A DNA stretch of 64,000 nucleotides from Utricularia gibba (Eukaryota > Plantae > Magnoliophyta). The stretch covers positions 3,348,001 to 3,412,000 of the forward strand of contig NEEC01000011.1 in NCBI GenBank assembly GCA_002189035.1, in the 5' to 3' direction. The notes below the pieces were generated by a model, which had not been told where the DNA came from, ran no database searches, and worked only from the letters and a program-made list of their open reading frames with translations. Both the position numbers and the translations under genes were made by a program. Of this stretch, positions 39,401-51,800 are shown piece after piece. Within the stretch, counting starts at the first letter, position 1, and the number at the start of each line of letters is the position of its first letter.

Positions 39401-42400
39401 GTAAATATCTTGAAAACCGTGATGAGCCGTTGCACACGACACACCGTTTCGAAGCTCATTCCAGAGCGGTCATCTTCCGTTTTTGAAGCTTCGTCGTCCG
39501 ACGATGTATCAGAGCTCGAATTATTGCCTTATATTAGCCTTCAATTGTGCCACAAAGTGGCCACGACGTTCGCGATGATGCGACTCGGACTTCCGATTCG
39601 ACGCAATGGATTTCTCGCTTGCAAAACATATGCATTTCATTGGAAGGTGTGAAATTTTTGTTTTTGAGGCGATCCCTTACAATGCCACGGTTGTGTTCCA
39701 ACCCACACCTGATGCAGGCCTCGTGCACCATTCCGTATTTTTCGATATCTTGAAAACCGTGATGAGCCACGTTGCACACGACACACCGTTTCGAAGCTCA
39801 TTCCGAGGCGGTCATCTTCCGTTTTGAAGCTTCGTCGTCCGACGATGTATCAGAGCTCGAATTATTGCCTTATATTAGCCTTCAATTGTGCCACAAAGTG
39901 GCCACGACGTTCGCGATGATGCGACTCGGGACTTCCGATTCGACGCAAATGTGATTTTCGCTTGCAAAAATATGCATTTCATTGGAAGGTGTGAAATTTT
40001 TGTTTTGAGGCGATCCCTTACAATGCACGGTGTGTTTCCAACCCACACCTGATGCAGGCCTCGTGCACCATTCCGTATTTTGTCGATATCTTGAAAACCG
40101 TGATGAGCCGTTGCACACGACACACCGTTTCGAAGCTCATTCCAGAGCGGTCATCTTCCGTTTTTGAAGCTTCGTCGTCGACATGTATCAGAGCTCGAAT
40201 TATTGCCTTATATTAGCCTTCAATTGTGCCACAAAGTGGCCACGACGTTCGCGATGATGCGACTCGGGGCTTCCGATTCGACGCGAATGTGGATTTCTCG
40301 CTTTCAAACATATGCATTTCATTGGAAGGTGTGAAATTTTTGTTTTTGAGGCGATCCCTTACAATGCCACGGTTGTGTTCCAACCCACACCTGATGCAGG
40401 CCTCGTGCACCATTCCGTATTTTGTCGATATCTTGAAAACCGTGATGAGCCGTTGCGCACGACACACCGTTTCGAAGCTCATTCCAGGCGGTCATCTTCC
40501 GTTTTTGAAGCTTCGTCGTCCGACGATGTATCAGAGCTCGAATTATTGCCTTATATTACCTTCAATTGTGCCACAAAGTGGCCACGACGTTCGCGATGAT
40601 GCGACCTCGGACTTCCGATTCGACGCGAATGGGTTTCTCGCTTCAAACATATGGATTTCATTGGAAGGTGTGAAATTTTTGTTTTGAGGCGATCCCTTAC
40701 AATGCCACGGTTGTGTTCCAACCCACACCTGATGCAGGCCTCGTGCACCATTCCGTATTTTGTCGATATCTTGAAAACCGTGATGAGCCGTTGCACACGA
40801 CACACCGTTTCGAAGCTCATTCCGAGCGGTCATCTTCCGTTTTGAAGCTTCGTCGTCCGACGATGTATCAGAGCTCGAATTATTGCCTTATATTAGCCTT
40901 CAATTGTGCCACAAAGTGGCCACGACGTTCGCGATGATGCGACTCGGACTTCCGATTCGACGCGAATGGGTTTCTCGCATTCAAGAATATGCATTTCATT
41001 GGAAGGTGAAATTTTTTTTAGAGGCGAACCCTTACAATGCCACGGTTGTGTTCCAACCCACACCTGATGCAGGCCTCGTGCACCATTCCGTATTTTGTAA
41101 ATATCTTGAAAACCGTGATGAGCCTTGTTGCACACGACACACCGTTTCGAAGCTCATTCCAGAGCGGTCATCTTCCGTTTTTGAAGCTTCGTCGTCCGAC
41201 GATGTATCAGAGCTCGAATTATTGCCTTATATTAGCCTTCAATTGTGCCACAAAGTGGCCACGACGTACGCGATGATGCGACTCGGGGCTTCCAATTCGA
41301 CGCAAATGTGATTTCTCGCTTGCAAAAGATATGCATTTCATTGGAAGGTGTGAAATTTTTGTTTTGAGGCGATCCCTTACAATGCCGGTTGTGTTCCAAC
41401 CCACACCTGATGCAGGCCTCGTGCACCATTCCGTATTTTATCGATATCTTGAAACCGTGATGAGCCACGTTGCACACGACACACCGTTTCGAAGCTCATT
41501 CCAGGGCGGTCATCTTCCGTTTTGGAAGCTTCTCGTCCGACAATATATCAGAGCTCGAATTATTGCCTTATATTACCCTTCAATTGTGCCACAAAGTGGC
41601 CACGACGTTCGCGATGATGCGACCTCGGACTTTCGATTCGACGCGAATGGGATTTCTCGCTTTCAAAACATATGGATTTCATTGGAAGGTGTGAAATTTT
41701 TGTTTTTGAGGCGATCCCTTACAATGCCACGGTTGTGTTCCAACCCACACCTGATGCAGGCCTCGTGCACCATTCCGTATTTTCGATATCTTGAAACGTG
41801 ATGAGCCACGTTGCACACGACACACCGTTTCGAAGCTCATTCCAGGCGGTCATCTTCCGTTTTTGAAGCTTCGTCGTCCGACGATGTATCAGAGCTCGAA
41901 TTATTGCCTTATATTAGCCTTCAATTGTGCCACAAAGTGGCCACGACGTTCGCGATGATGCGACTCGGGCTTCCAATTCGACGCAAATGTGATTTCTCGC
42001 TTGCAAAACATGCATTTCATTGGAAGGTGTGAAATTTTTGTTTTTGAGGCGATCCCTTACAATGCCACGGTTGTGTTCCAACCCACCTGATGCAGGCCTC
42101 GTGCACCATTCCGTATTTTATCGATATCTTGAAACCGTGATGAGCCACGTACACGAACACCCGTTTCGAAGCTCATTCCGAGGCGGTCATCTTCCGTTTT
42201 CAAGCTTTGTCGTTCGACAATATATCAGAGCTCGAATTATTGCCTTATATTAGCCTTCAATTGTGCCACAAAGTGGCCACGACGTTCGCGATGATGCGAC
42301 CGGACTTCGATTCGACGCGAATGGTTTTCTCGCTTCAAGACATATGGATTTCATTGGAAGGTATGAAATTTTTGTTTTAGAGGCGAACCCTTACAATGCC

Positions 42401-42567
42401 ACGGTGTGTTCCAACCCACACCTGATGCAGGCCTCGTGCACCATTCCGTATTTTGTAAATATCTTGAAAACCGTGATGAGCCTTGTTGCACACGACACAC
42501 CGTTTCGAAGCTCATTCCAGAGCGGTCATCTTCCGTTTTTGAAGCTTCGTCGTCCGACGATGTATCA

Positions 42568-44920
42568 GAGATCGAATTATTGCCTTATATTAGCCTTCAA
42601 TTGTGCCACAAAGTGGCCACGACGTACGCGATGATGCGACTCGGGGCTTCCAATTCGACGCAAATGTGATTTCTCGCTTGCAAAAGATATGCATTTCATT
42701 GGAAGGTGTGAAATTTTTTTTTTGAGGCGATCCCTTACAATGCACGGTTGTGTTCCAACCCACACCTGATGAAGGCCTCGTGCACCATTCCGTATTTTAT
42801 CGATATCTTGAAAACCGTGATGAGCCACGTTTGCACACGACACACCGTGTCGAAGCTCATTCCGAGGCGGTCATCTTCCGTTTTGCAAGCTTTGTCGTTC
42901 GACGATGTATCAGAGCTCGAATTATTGCCTTATATAGCCTTCAATTGTGCCACAAAGTGGCCACGACGTTCGCGATGATGCGACCTCGGACTTCCGATTC
43001 GACGCGAATGGGTTTTCTCGCATTCAAGACATATGGATTTCATTGGAAGGTATGAAATTTTTTTTTAGAGGCGAACCCTTACAATGCCACGAGTGTGTTC
43101 CAACCCACACCTGATGCAGGCCTCGTGCACCATTCCGTATTTTGTAAATATCTTGAAAACCGTGATGAGCCTTGTTGCAGACACACAAACTTTCATCATT
43201 CCAGAGCGGTCATCTTCCGTTTTTGAAGCTTCGTCGTCCGACGATGTATCAGAGATCGAATTATTGCCTTATATTAGCCTTCAATTGTGCCACAAAGTGG
43301 CCACGACGTACGCGATGATGCGACTCGGGGCTTCCAATTAGACGCAAATGTGATTTCTCGCTTGCAAAAGTTATGCATTTCATTGGAAGGTGTGAAATTT
43401 TTGTTTTTGAGGCGATCCCTTACAATGGCACGGTTGTGTTCCAACCCACACCTGATGCAGGCCTCGTGCACCATTCCGTATTTTATCGATATCTTGAAAC
43501 CGTGATGAGCCACGTAGCGTACGACACACGTTTAAAAGCTCATTCTAGGGCGGTCATCTTCCGTTTTGGAAGCTTCATTGTCCGACAATATATCAGAGCT
43601 GGAATTATTGCCTTATATTACCCTTCAATTGTGCCAAAAAAAGTGGCCACGACGTTCGCGATGATGCGACCGGGACTTCCGATTCGACGCGAATGGGATT
43701 TCTCGCTTTCAAAACATATGCATTTCATTGGAAGGTGTGAAATTTTTCGTTTTTGAGGCGATCCCTTACAATGCCACGGTTGTGTTCCAACCCACACTGA
43801 TGAAGGCCTCGTGCACCATTCCGTATTTTCTCGATATCTTGAATACCGTGATGAGCCTTGTTGCACACGACACCGTTTCGAAGCTCATTCCAGAGCGGTC
43901 ATCTTCCGTTTTTGAAGCTTCGTCGTCCGACGATGTATCAGAGATCGAATTATTGCCTTATATTAGCCTTCAATTGTGCCACAAAGTGGCCACGACGTAC
44001 GCGATGATGCGACTCGGGGCTTCCAATTCGACGCAAATGTGATTTCTCGCTTGCAAAAGATATGCATTTCATTGGAAGGTGTGAAATTTTTGTTTTGAGG
44101 CGATCCCTTACAATGCCACGGTTGTGTTCCAACCCACACCTGATGAAGGCCTCGTGCACCATTCCGTATTTTATCGATATCTTGAAAACCGTGATGAGCC
44201 ACGTTGCACACGACACACCGTGTCGAAGCTCATTCCGAGGCGGTCATCTTCCGTTTTGCAAGCTTTGTCGTTCGACGATGTATCAGAGCTCGAATTATTG
44301 CCTTATATTAGCCTTCAATTGTGCCACAAGTGGCCACGACGTTCGCGATGATGCGACCTCGGACTTCCGATTCGACGCGAATGGGTTTTCTCGCATTCAA
44401 GACATATGGATTTCATTGGAAGGTATGAAATTTTTGTTTTAGAGGCGAACCCTTACAATGCCACGGTTGTGTTCCAACCCACACCTGATGCAGGCCTCGT
44501 GCACCATTCCGTATTTTGTAAATATCTTGAAAACCGTGATGAGCACACACACGACACACCGTTTCGAAGCTCATTCTAGAGCGGTCATCTTCCGTTTTTG
44601 AAGCTTCGTCGTCCGACGATGTATTAGAGCTCGAATAATTTCCTTATATTACCCTTCAATTGTGCCACAAAGTTGCCACACGACGTTCGCGATGATGCGA
44701 CTCGGGGCTTCCAATTCGACGCAAATGTGATTTCTCGCTTGCAAAACACATGCATTTCATTGGAAGGTGTGAAATTTTCGTTTTAGAGGCGATCCTTACA
44801 ATGCCACGGTTGTGTCCAACCCACACCTGATGTAGGCCTCGTGCACCATTCCGTATTTTATCGATATCTTGAAAACCGTGATGAGCCACGTTTCACACGA
44901 CACACCGTTTCGAAGCTCAT
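42568..44920. repeat. Copy A of a ~2.35-kb (7-monomer) block duplication
   Basis: It shares ordered rare variants with 49440-51800 at a constant offset of 6872-6884 bp: CCGTGTCG (twice), ATTAGACG, GTAGCGTACG, GAATACCG, TCTAGA, ATAATTTCC, GATGTAGG. Confidence 0.75.
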
Positions 44921-47900
44921 TCCAGGGCGGTCATCTTCTGTTTTTGAAGCTTCGTCGTTCGACAATATATCAGAGCTCGAATAATTTCCTTCTATTACCC
45001 TTCAATTGTGCCACAAAGTGGCCACGACGTTCGCGATGATGCGACCTCGGACTTCCGATTCGACGCGAATTGGATTTCTCGCTTTCAAAACATATGCATT
45101 TCATTGGAAGGTGTGAAATTTTCGTTTTAGAGGCGATCCCTTACAATGCCACGAGTGTGTTCCAACCCACACCTGATGCAGGCCTCGTGCACCATTCCGT
45201 ATTTTGTAAATATCTTGAAAACCGTGATGAGCCTTGTTGCACACGACACACCGTTTCGAAGCTCATTCCAGAGCGGTCATCTTCCGTTTTTGAAGCTTCG
45301 TCGTCCGACGATGTATCAGAGATCGAATTATTGCCTTATATTAGCCTTCAATTGTGCCACAAAGTGGCCACGACGTACGCGATGATGCGACTCGGCTTCC
45401 AATTCGACGCAAATGTGATTTCTCGCTTGCAAAAGATATGCATTTCATTGGAAGGTGTGAAATTTTTGTTTTTGAGGCGATCCCTTACAATGGCACGGTT
45501 GTGTTCCAACCCACACCTGATGCAGGCCTCGTGCACCATTCCGTATTTTATCGATATCTTGAAACCGTGATGAGCCACGTTGACACACCACCGCCGTTTC
45601 GAAGCTCATTCCGAGGCAGTCATCTTCCGTTTCGCAAGCTTTGTCGTTCGACAATATATCAGAGCTCGAATTATTGCCTTATATTAGCCTTCAATTGTGC
45701 CACAAAGTGGCCACGACGTTCGCGATGATGCGACCTCGGACTTCCGATTCGACGCGAATGGGTTTTCTCGCATTCAAGACATATGGATTTCATTGGAAGG
45801 TGTGAAATTTTTGTTTTAGAGGCGAACCCTTACAATGCCACGAGTGTGTTCCAACCCACACCTGATGCAGGCCTCGTGCACCATTCCGTATTTTGTAATA
45901 TCTTGAAACCGTGATGAGCCTTGTTGCACACGACACACCGTTCGAGCTCATTCCAGAGCGGTCATCTTCCGTTTTTGAAGCTTCGTCGTCCGACGATGTA
46001 TCAGAGCTCGAATTATTGCCTTATATTAGCCTTCAATTGTGCCACAAAGTGGCCACGACGTACGCGATGATGCGACTCGGGGCTTCCAATTCGACGCAAA
46101 TGTGATTTCTCGCTTGCAAAACACATGAATTTCATTGGAAGGTGTGAAATTTTCGTTTTAGAGGCGATCCCTTACAATGCCACGAGTGTGTTCCAACCCA
46201 CACCTGATGCAGGCCTCGTGCACCATTCTGTATTTTGTAAATATCTTGAAAACGTGATGAGCCTTGTTGCACGCACGTTTCGAAGCTCATTCCAGGGCGG
46301 TCATCTTCTGTTTTTGAAGCTTCGTCGTCCGACAATATATCAGACCTCGAATTATTGCCTTATATTACCCTTCAATTGTGCCACAAAGTGGCCACGACGT
46401 TCGCGATGATGCGACTCGGGGCTTCCAATTCGACGCAAATGTGATTTCTCGCTTGCAAAACATGCATTTCATTGGAAGGTGTGAAATTTTTGTTTTTGAG
46501 GCGATCCCTTACAATGGCACGGTTGTGTTCCAACCCACACCTGATGCAGGCCTCGTGCACCATTCCGTATTTTATCGATATCTTGAAAACCGTGATGAGC
46601 CACGTTTCACACGACACACCGTTCGAAGCTCATTCCGAGGCGGTCATCTTCCGTTTTGCAAGCTTTGTCGTTCGACGATGTATCAGAGCTCGAATTATTG
46701 CCTTATATTAGCCTTCAATTGTGCCACAAAGTGGCCACGACGTTCGCGATGATGCGACCTCGGACTTCCGATTCGACGCGAATGGGTTTTCTCGCATTCA
46801 AGACATATGGATTTCATTGGAAGGTATGAAATTTTGTTTTTAGAGGCGAACCCTTACAATGCCACGAGTGTGTTCCAACCCACACCTGATGCAGGCCTCG
46901 TGCACCATTCCGTATTTTGTAAATATCTTGAAAACCGTGATGAGCCTTGTTGCACACGACACACCGTTTCGAAGCTCATTCCAGAGCGGTCATCTTCCGT
47001 TTTTGAAGCTTCGTCGTCCGACGATGTATCAGAGCTCGAATTATTGCCTTATATTAGCCTTCAATTGTGCCACAAAGTGGCCACGACGTACGCGATGATG
47101 CGACTCGGGGCTTCCAATTCGACGCAAATGTGATTTCTCGCTTTCAAAACATATGCATTTCATTGGAAGGTGTGAAATTTTTCGTTTTTGAGGCGATCCC
47201 TTACAATGCCACGGTTGTGTACCAACCCACACCTGATGAAGGCCTCGTGCACCATTCCGTATTTTCTCGATATCTTGAATACCGTGATGAGCCACGTTGC
47301 GCACGACACACCCGTTTCGAAGCTCATTTTGAGGCAGTCATCTTCCGTTTTGGAAGCTTCGTCGTCCGACGATGTATTAGAGCTCGAATTATTGCCTTAT
47401 ATTACCCTTCAATTGTGCCAAAGTGGCCACGCGTGCGCGACGACTCGGACTTCCGATTCGACGCGAATGGGTTTTCTCGCATTCAAGACATATGGATTTC
47501 ATTGGAAGGTATGAAATTCTTGTTTTAGAGGCGAACCCTTACAATGCCACGAGTGTGTTCCAACCCACACCTGATGCAGGCCTCGTGCACCATTCCGTAT
47601 TTTGTAAATATCTTGAAAACCGTGATGAGCCTTGTTGCACACGACACACCGTTTCGAAGCTCATTCCAGAGCGGTCATCTTCCGTTTTGAAGCTTCGTCG
47701 TCCGACGATGTATCAGAGCTCGAATTATTGCCTTATATTACCCTTCAATTGTGCCACAAAGTGGCCACGACGTTCGCGATGATGCGACCTCGGACTTCCG
47801 ATTCGACGCGAAATGGGTTTTCTCGCATTCAAGACATATGGATTTCATTGGAAGGTATGAAATTTTTGTTTAAGAGGCGAACCCTTACAATGCCACGGTT

Positions 47901-49439
47901 GTGTTCCAACCCACACCTGATGCAGGCCTCGTGCACCATTCCGTATTTTGCAAATATCTTGAAAACCGTGATGAGCCTTGTTGCACACTTTCGCCAAAGC
48001 TCATTCCAGAGCGGTCATCTTCCGTTTTTGAAGCTTCGTCGTCCGACGATGTATCAGAGATCGAATTATTGCCTTATATTAGCCTTCAATTGTGCCACAA
48101 AGTGGCCACGACGTACGCGATGATGCGACTCGGGGCTTCCAATTAGACGCAAATGTGATTTTCTCGCTTGCAAAAGTTATGCATTTCATTGGAAGGTGTG
48201 AAATTTTTGTTTTTGAGGCGATCCCTTACAATGGCACGGTTGTGTTCCAACCCACACCTGATGCAGGCCTCGTGCACCATTCCGTATTTTATCGATATCT
48301 TGAAAACCGTGATGAGCCACGTAGCGTACGACACACTGTTTAAAGCTCATTCTAGGGCGGTCATCTTCCGTTTTGGAAGCTTCATTGTCCGACAATATAT
48401 CAGAGCTGGAATTATTGCCTTATATTACCCTTCAATTGTGCCAAAAAGTGGCCACGACGTTCGCGATGATGCGACCTCGGACTTCCGATTCGACGCGAAT
48501 GGGATTTCTCGCTTTCAAAACATATGGATTTCATTGGAAGGTGTGAAATTTTTCGTTTTTGAGGCGATCCCTTACAATGCCACGGTTGTGTTCCAACCCA
48601 CACTGATGAAGGCCTCGTGCACCATTCCGTATTTTCTCGATATCTTGAATACCGTGATGAGCCACGTTGCGCACGACACACCGTTTCGAAGCTCATTCCA
48701 GGGCGGTCATCTTCCGTTTTTGAAGCTTCGTCGTCCGACAATATATCAGAGCTCGAATAATTTCCTTATATTACCCTTCAATTGTGCCACAAAGATGCCA
48801 CGACGTTCGCGATGATGCGACTCGGGGCTTCCAATTCGACGCAAATGTGATTTCTCGCTTGCAAAACATATGCATTTCATTGGAAGGTGTGAAATTTTTG
48901 TTTTTGAGGCGATCCCTTACAATGCCACGGTTGTGTTCCAACCCACACCTGATGAGGCCTCGTGCACCATTCCGTATTTTATCGATATCTTGAAAACCGT
49001 GATGAGCCACGTTTGACACGACACACCGTTCGAAGCTCATTCCGAGGCGGTCATCTTCCGTTTTGCAAGCTTTGTCGTTCGACGATGTATCAGAGCTCGA
49101 ATTATTGCCTTATATTAGCCTTCAATTGTGCCACAAAGTGGCCACGACGTTCGCGATGATGCGACCTCGGACTTCCGATTCGACGCGAATGGGTTTTCTC
49201 GCATTCAAGACATATGGATTTCATTGGAAGGTATGAAATTTTTGTTTTAGAGGCGAACCCTTACAATGCCACGTGTGTTCCAACCCACACCTGATGCAGG
49301 CCTCGTGCACCATTCCGTATTTTCTCGATATCTTGAATACCGTGATGAGCCTTGTTGCACACGACACACCACCGTTTCGAAGCTCATTCCAGAGCGGTCA
49401 TCTTCCGTTTTTGAAGCTTCGTCGTCCGACGATGTATCA

Positions 49440-51800
49440 GAGATCGAATTATTGCCTTATATTAGCCTTCAATTGTGCCACAAAGTGGCCACGACGTACG
49501 CGATGATGCGACTCGGGGCTTCCAATTCGACGCAAATGTGATTTCTCGCTTGCAAAAGATATGCATTTCATTGGAAGGTGTGAAATTTTTGTTTTTGAGG
49601 CGATCCCTTACAATGCCACGGTTGTGTTCCAACCCACACCTGATGAAGGCCTCGTGCACCATTCCGTATTTTATCGATATCTTGAAAACCGTGATGAGCC
49701 ACGTTTGACACGACACACCGTGTCGAAGCTCATTCCGAGGCGGTCATCTTCTGTTTTGCGCTTTGTCGTTCGACGATGTATCAGAGCTCGAATTATTGCC
49801 TTATATTAGCCTTCAATTGTGCCACAAAGTGGCCACGACGTTCGCATGATGCGACCTCGGACTTCCGATTCGACGCGAATGGGTTTCTCGCATTCAAGAC
49901 ATATGGATTTCATTGGAAGGTATGAAATTTTTGTTTTAGAGGCGAACCCTTACAATGCCACGAGTGTGTTCCAACCCACACCTGATGCAGGCCTCGTGCA
50001 CCATTCCGTATTTTGTAAATATCTTGAAAACCGTGATGAGCCTTGTTGCACACGACACACACACCGTTTCGAAGCTCATTCCAGAGCGGTCATCTTCCGT
50101 TTTTGAAGCTTCGTCGTCCGACGATGTATCAGAGATCGAATTATTGCCTTATATTAGCCTTCAATTGTGCACAAAGTGGCCACGACGTACGCGATGATGC
50201 GACTCGGGGCTTCCAATTAGACGCAAATGTGATTTCTCGCTTGCAAAAGTTATGCATTTCATTGGAAGGTGTGAAATTTTTGTTTTTGAGGCGATCCCTT
50301 ACAATGGCACGGTTGTGTTCCAACCCATGCAGGCATGCACCTTCCGTATTTTATCGATATCTTGAAACCGTGATGAGCCACGTAGCGTACGACACACTGT
50401 TTAAAAAGCTCATTCTAGGGCGGTCATCTTCCGTTTTGGAAGCTTCATTGTCCGACAATATATCAGAGCTGGAATTATTGCCTTATATTACCCTTCAATT
50501 GTGCCAAAAGTGGCCACGACGTTCGCGATGATGATGCGACCTCGGACTTCCGATTCGACGCGAATGGGATTTCTCGCTTTCAAAACATATGCATTTCATT
50601 GGAAGGTGTGAAATTTTTCGTTTTTGAGGCGATCCCTTACAATGCCACGGTTGTGTTCCAACCCACATCTGATGAAGGCCTCGTGCACCATTCCGTATTT
50701 TCTCGATATCTTGAATACCGTGATGAGCCTTGTTGCACACGACACACCGTTTCGAAGCTCATTCCAGAGCGGTCATCTTCCGTTTTTGAAGCTTCGTCGT
50801 CCGACGATGTATCAGAGATCGAATTATTGCCTTATATTAGCCTTCAATTGTGCCACAAAGTGGCCACGACGTACGCGATGATGCGACTCGGGGCTTCCAA
50901 TTCGACGCAAATGTGATTTCTCGCTTGCAAAAGATATGCATTTCATTGGAAGGTGTGAAATTTTTGTTTTTGAGGGCGATCCCTTACAATGCCACGGTTG
51001 TGTTCCAACCCACACCTGATGAAGGCCTCGTGCACCATTCCGTATTTTATCGATATCTTGAAAACCGTGATGAGCCACGTTTGACACGACACACCGTGTC
51101 GAAGCTCATTCCGAGGCGGTCATCTTCCGTTTTGCAAGCTTTGTCGTTCGACGATGTATCAGAGCTCGAATTATTGCCTTATATTAGCCTTCAATTGTGC
51201 CACAAAGTGCCACGACGTTCGCGATGATGCCTCGGACTTTCCGATTCGACGCGAATGGGTTTTCTCGCATTCAAGACATATGGATTTCATTGGAAGGTAT
51301 GAAATTTTTGTTTTAGAGGCGAACCCTTACAATGCCACGGTTGTGTTCCAACCCACACCTGATGCAGGCCTCGTGCACCATTCCCGTATTTTGTAATATC
51401 TTGAAAACCGTGATGAGCCTTGTTGCACACGACACACACGCACCGTTTCGAAGCTCATTCTAGAGCGGTCATCTTCCGTTTTTGAAGCTTCGTCGTCCGA
51501 CGATGTATTAGAGCTCGAATAATTTCCTTATATTACCTTCAATTGTGCCACAAAGTGCCACGACGTTCGCGATGATGCGACTCGGGGCTTCCAATTCGAC
51601 GCAAATGTGATTTCTCGCTTGCAAAACACATGCATTTCATTGGAAGGTGTGAAATTTTTGTTTTAGAGGCGATCCCTTACAATGCCACGGTTGTGTTCCA
51701 ACCCACACCTGATGTAGGCCTCGTGCACCATTCCGTATTTTATCGATATCTTGAAAACCGTGATGAGCCACGTTTCACACGACACACCGTTTCGAAGCTC
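49440..51800. repeat. Copy B of the ~2.35-kb (7-monomer) block duplication
   Basis: ATTAG at 50216 (vs 43337), GAATACCG at ~50713 (vs 43841), TCTAGA at 51459 (vs 44575), GATGTAGG at 51711 (vs 44829). Confidence 0.75.
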
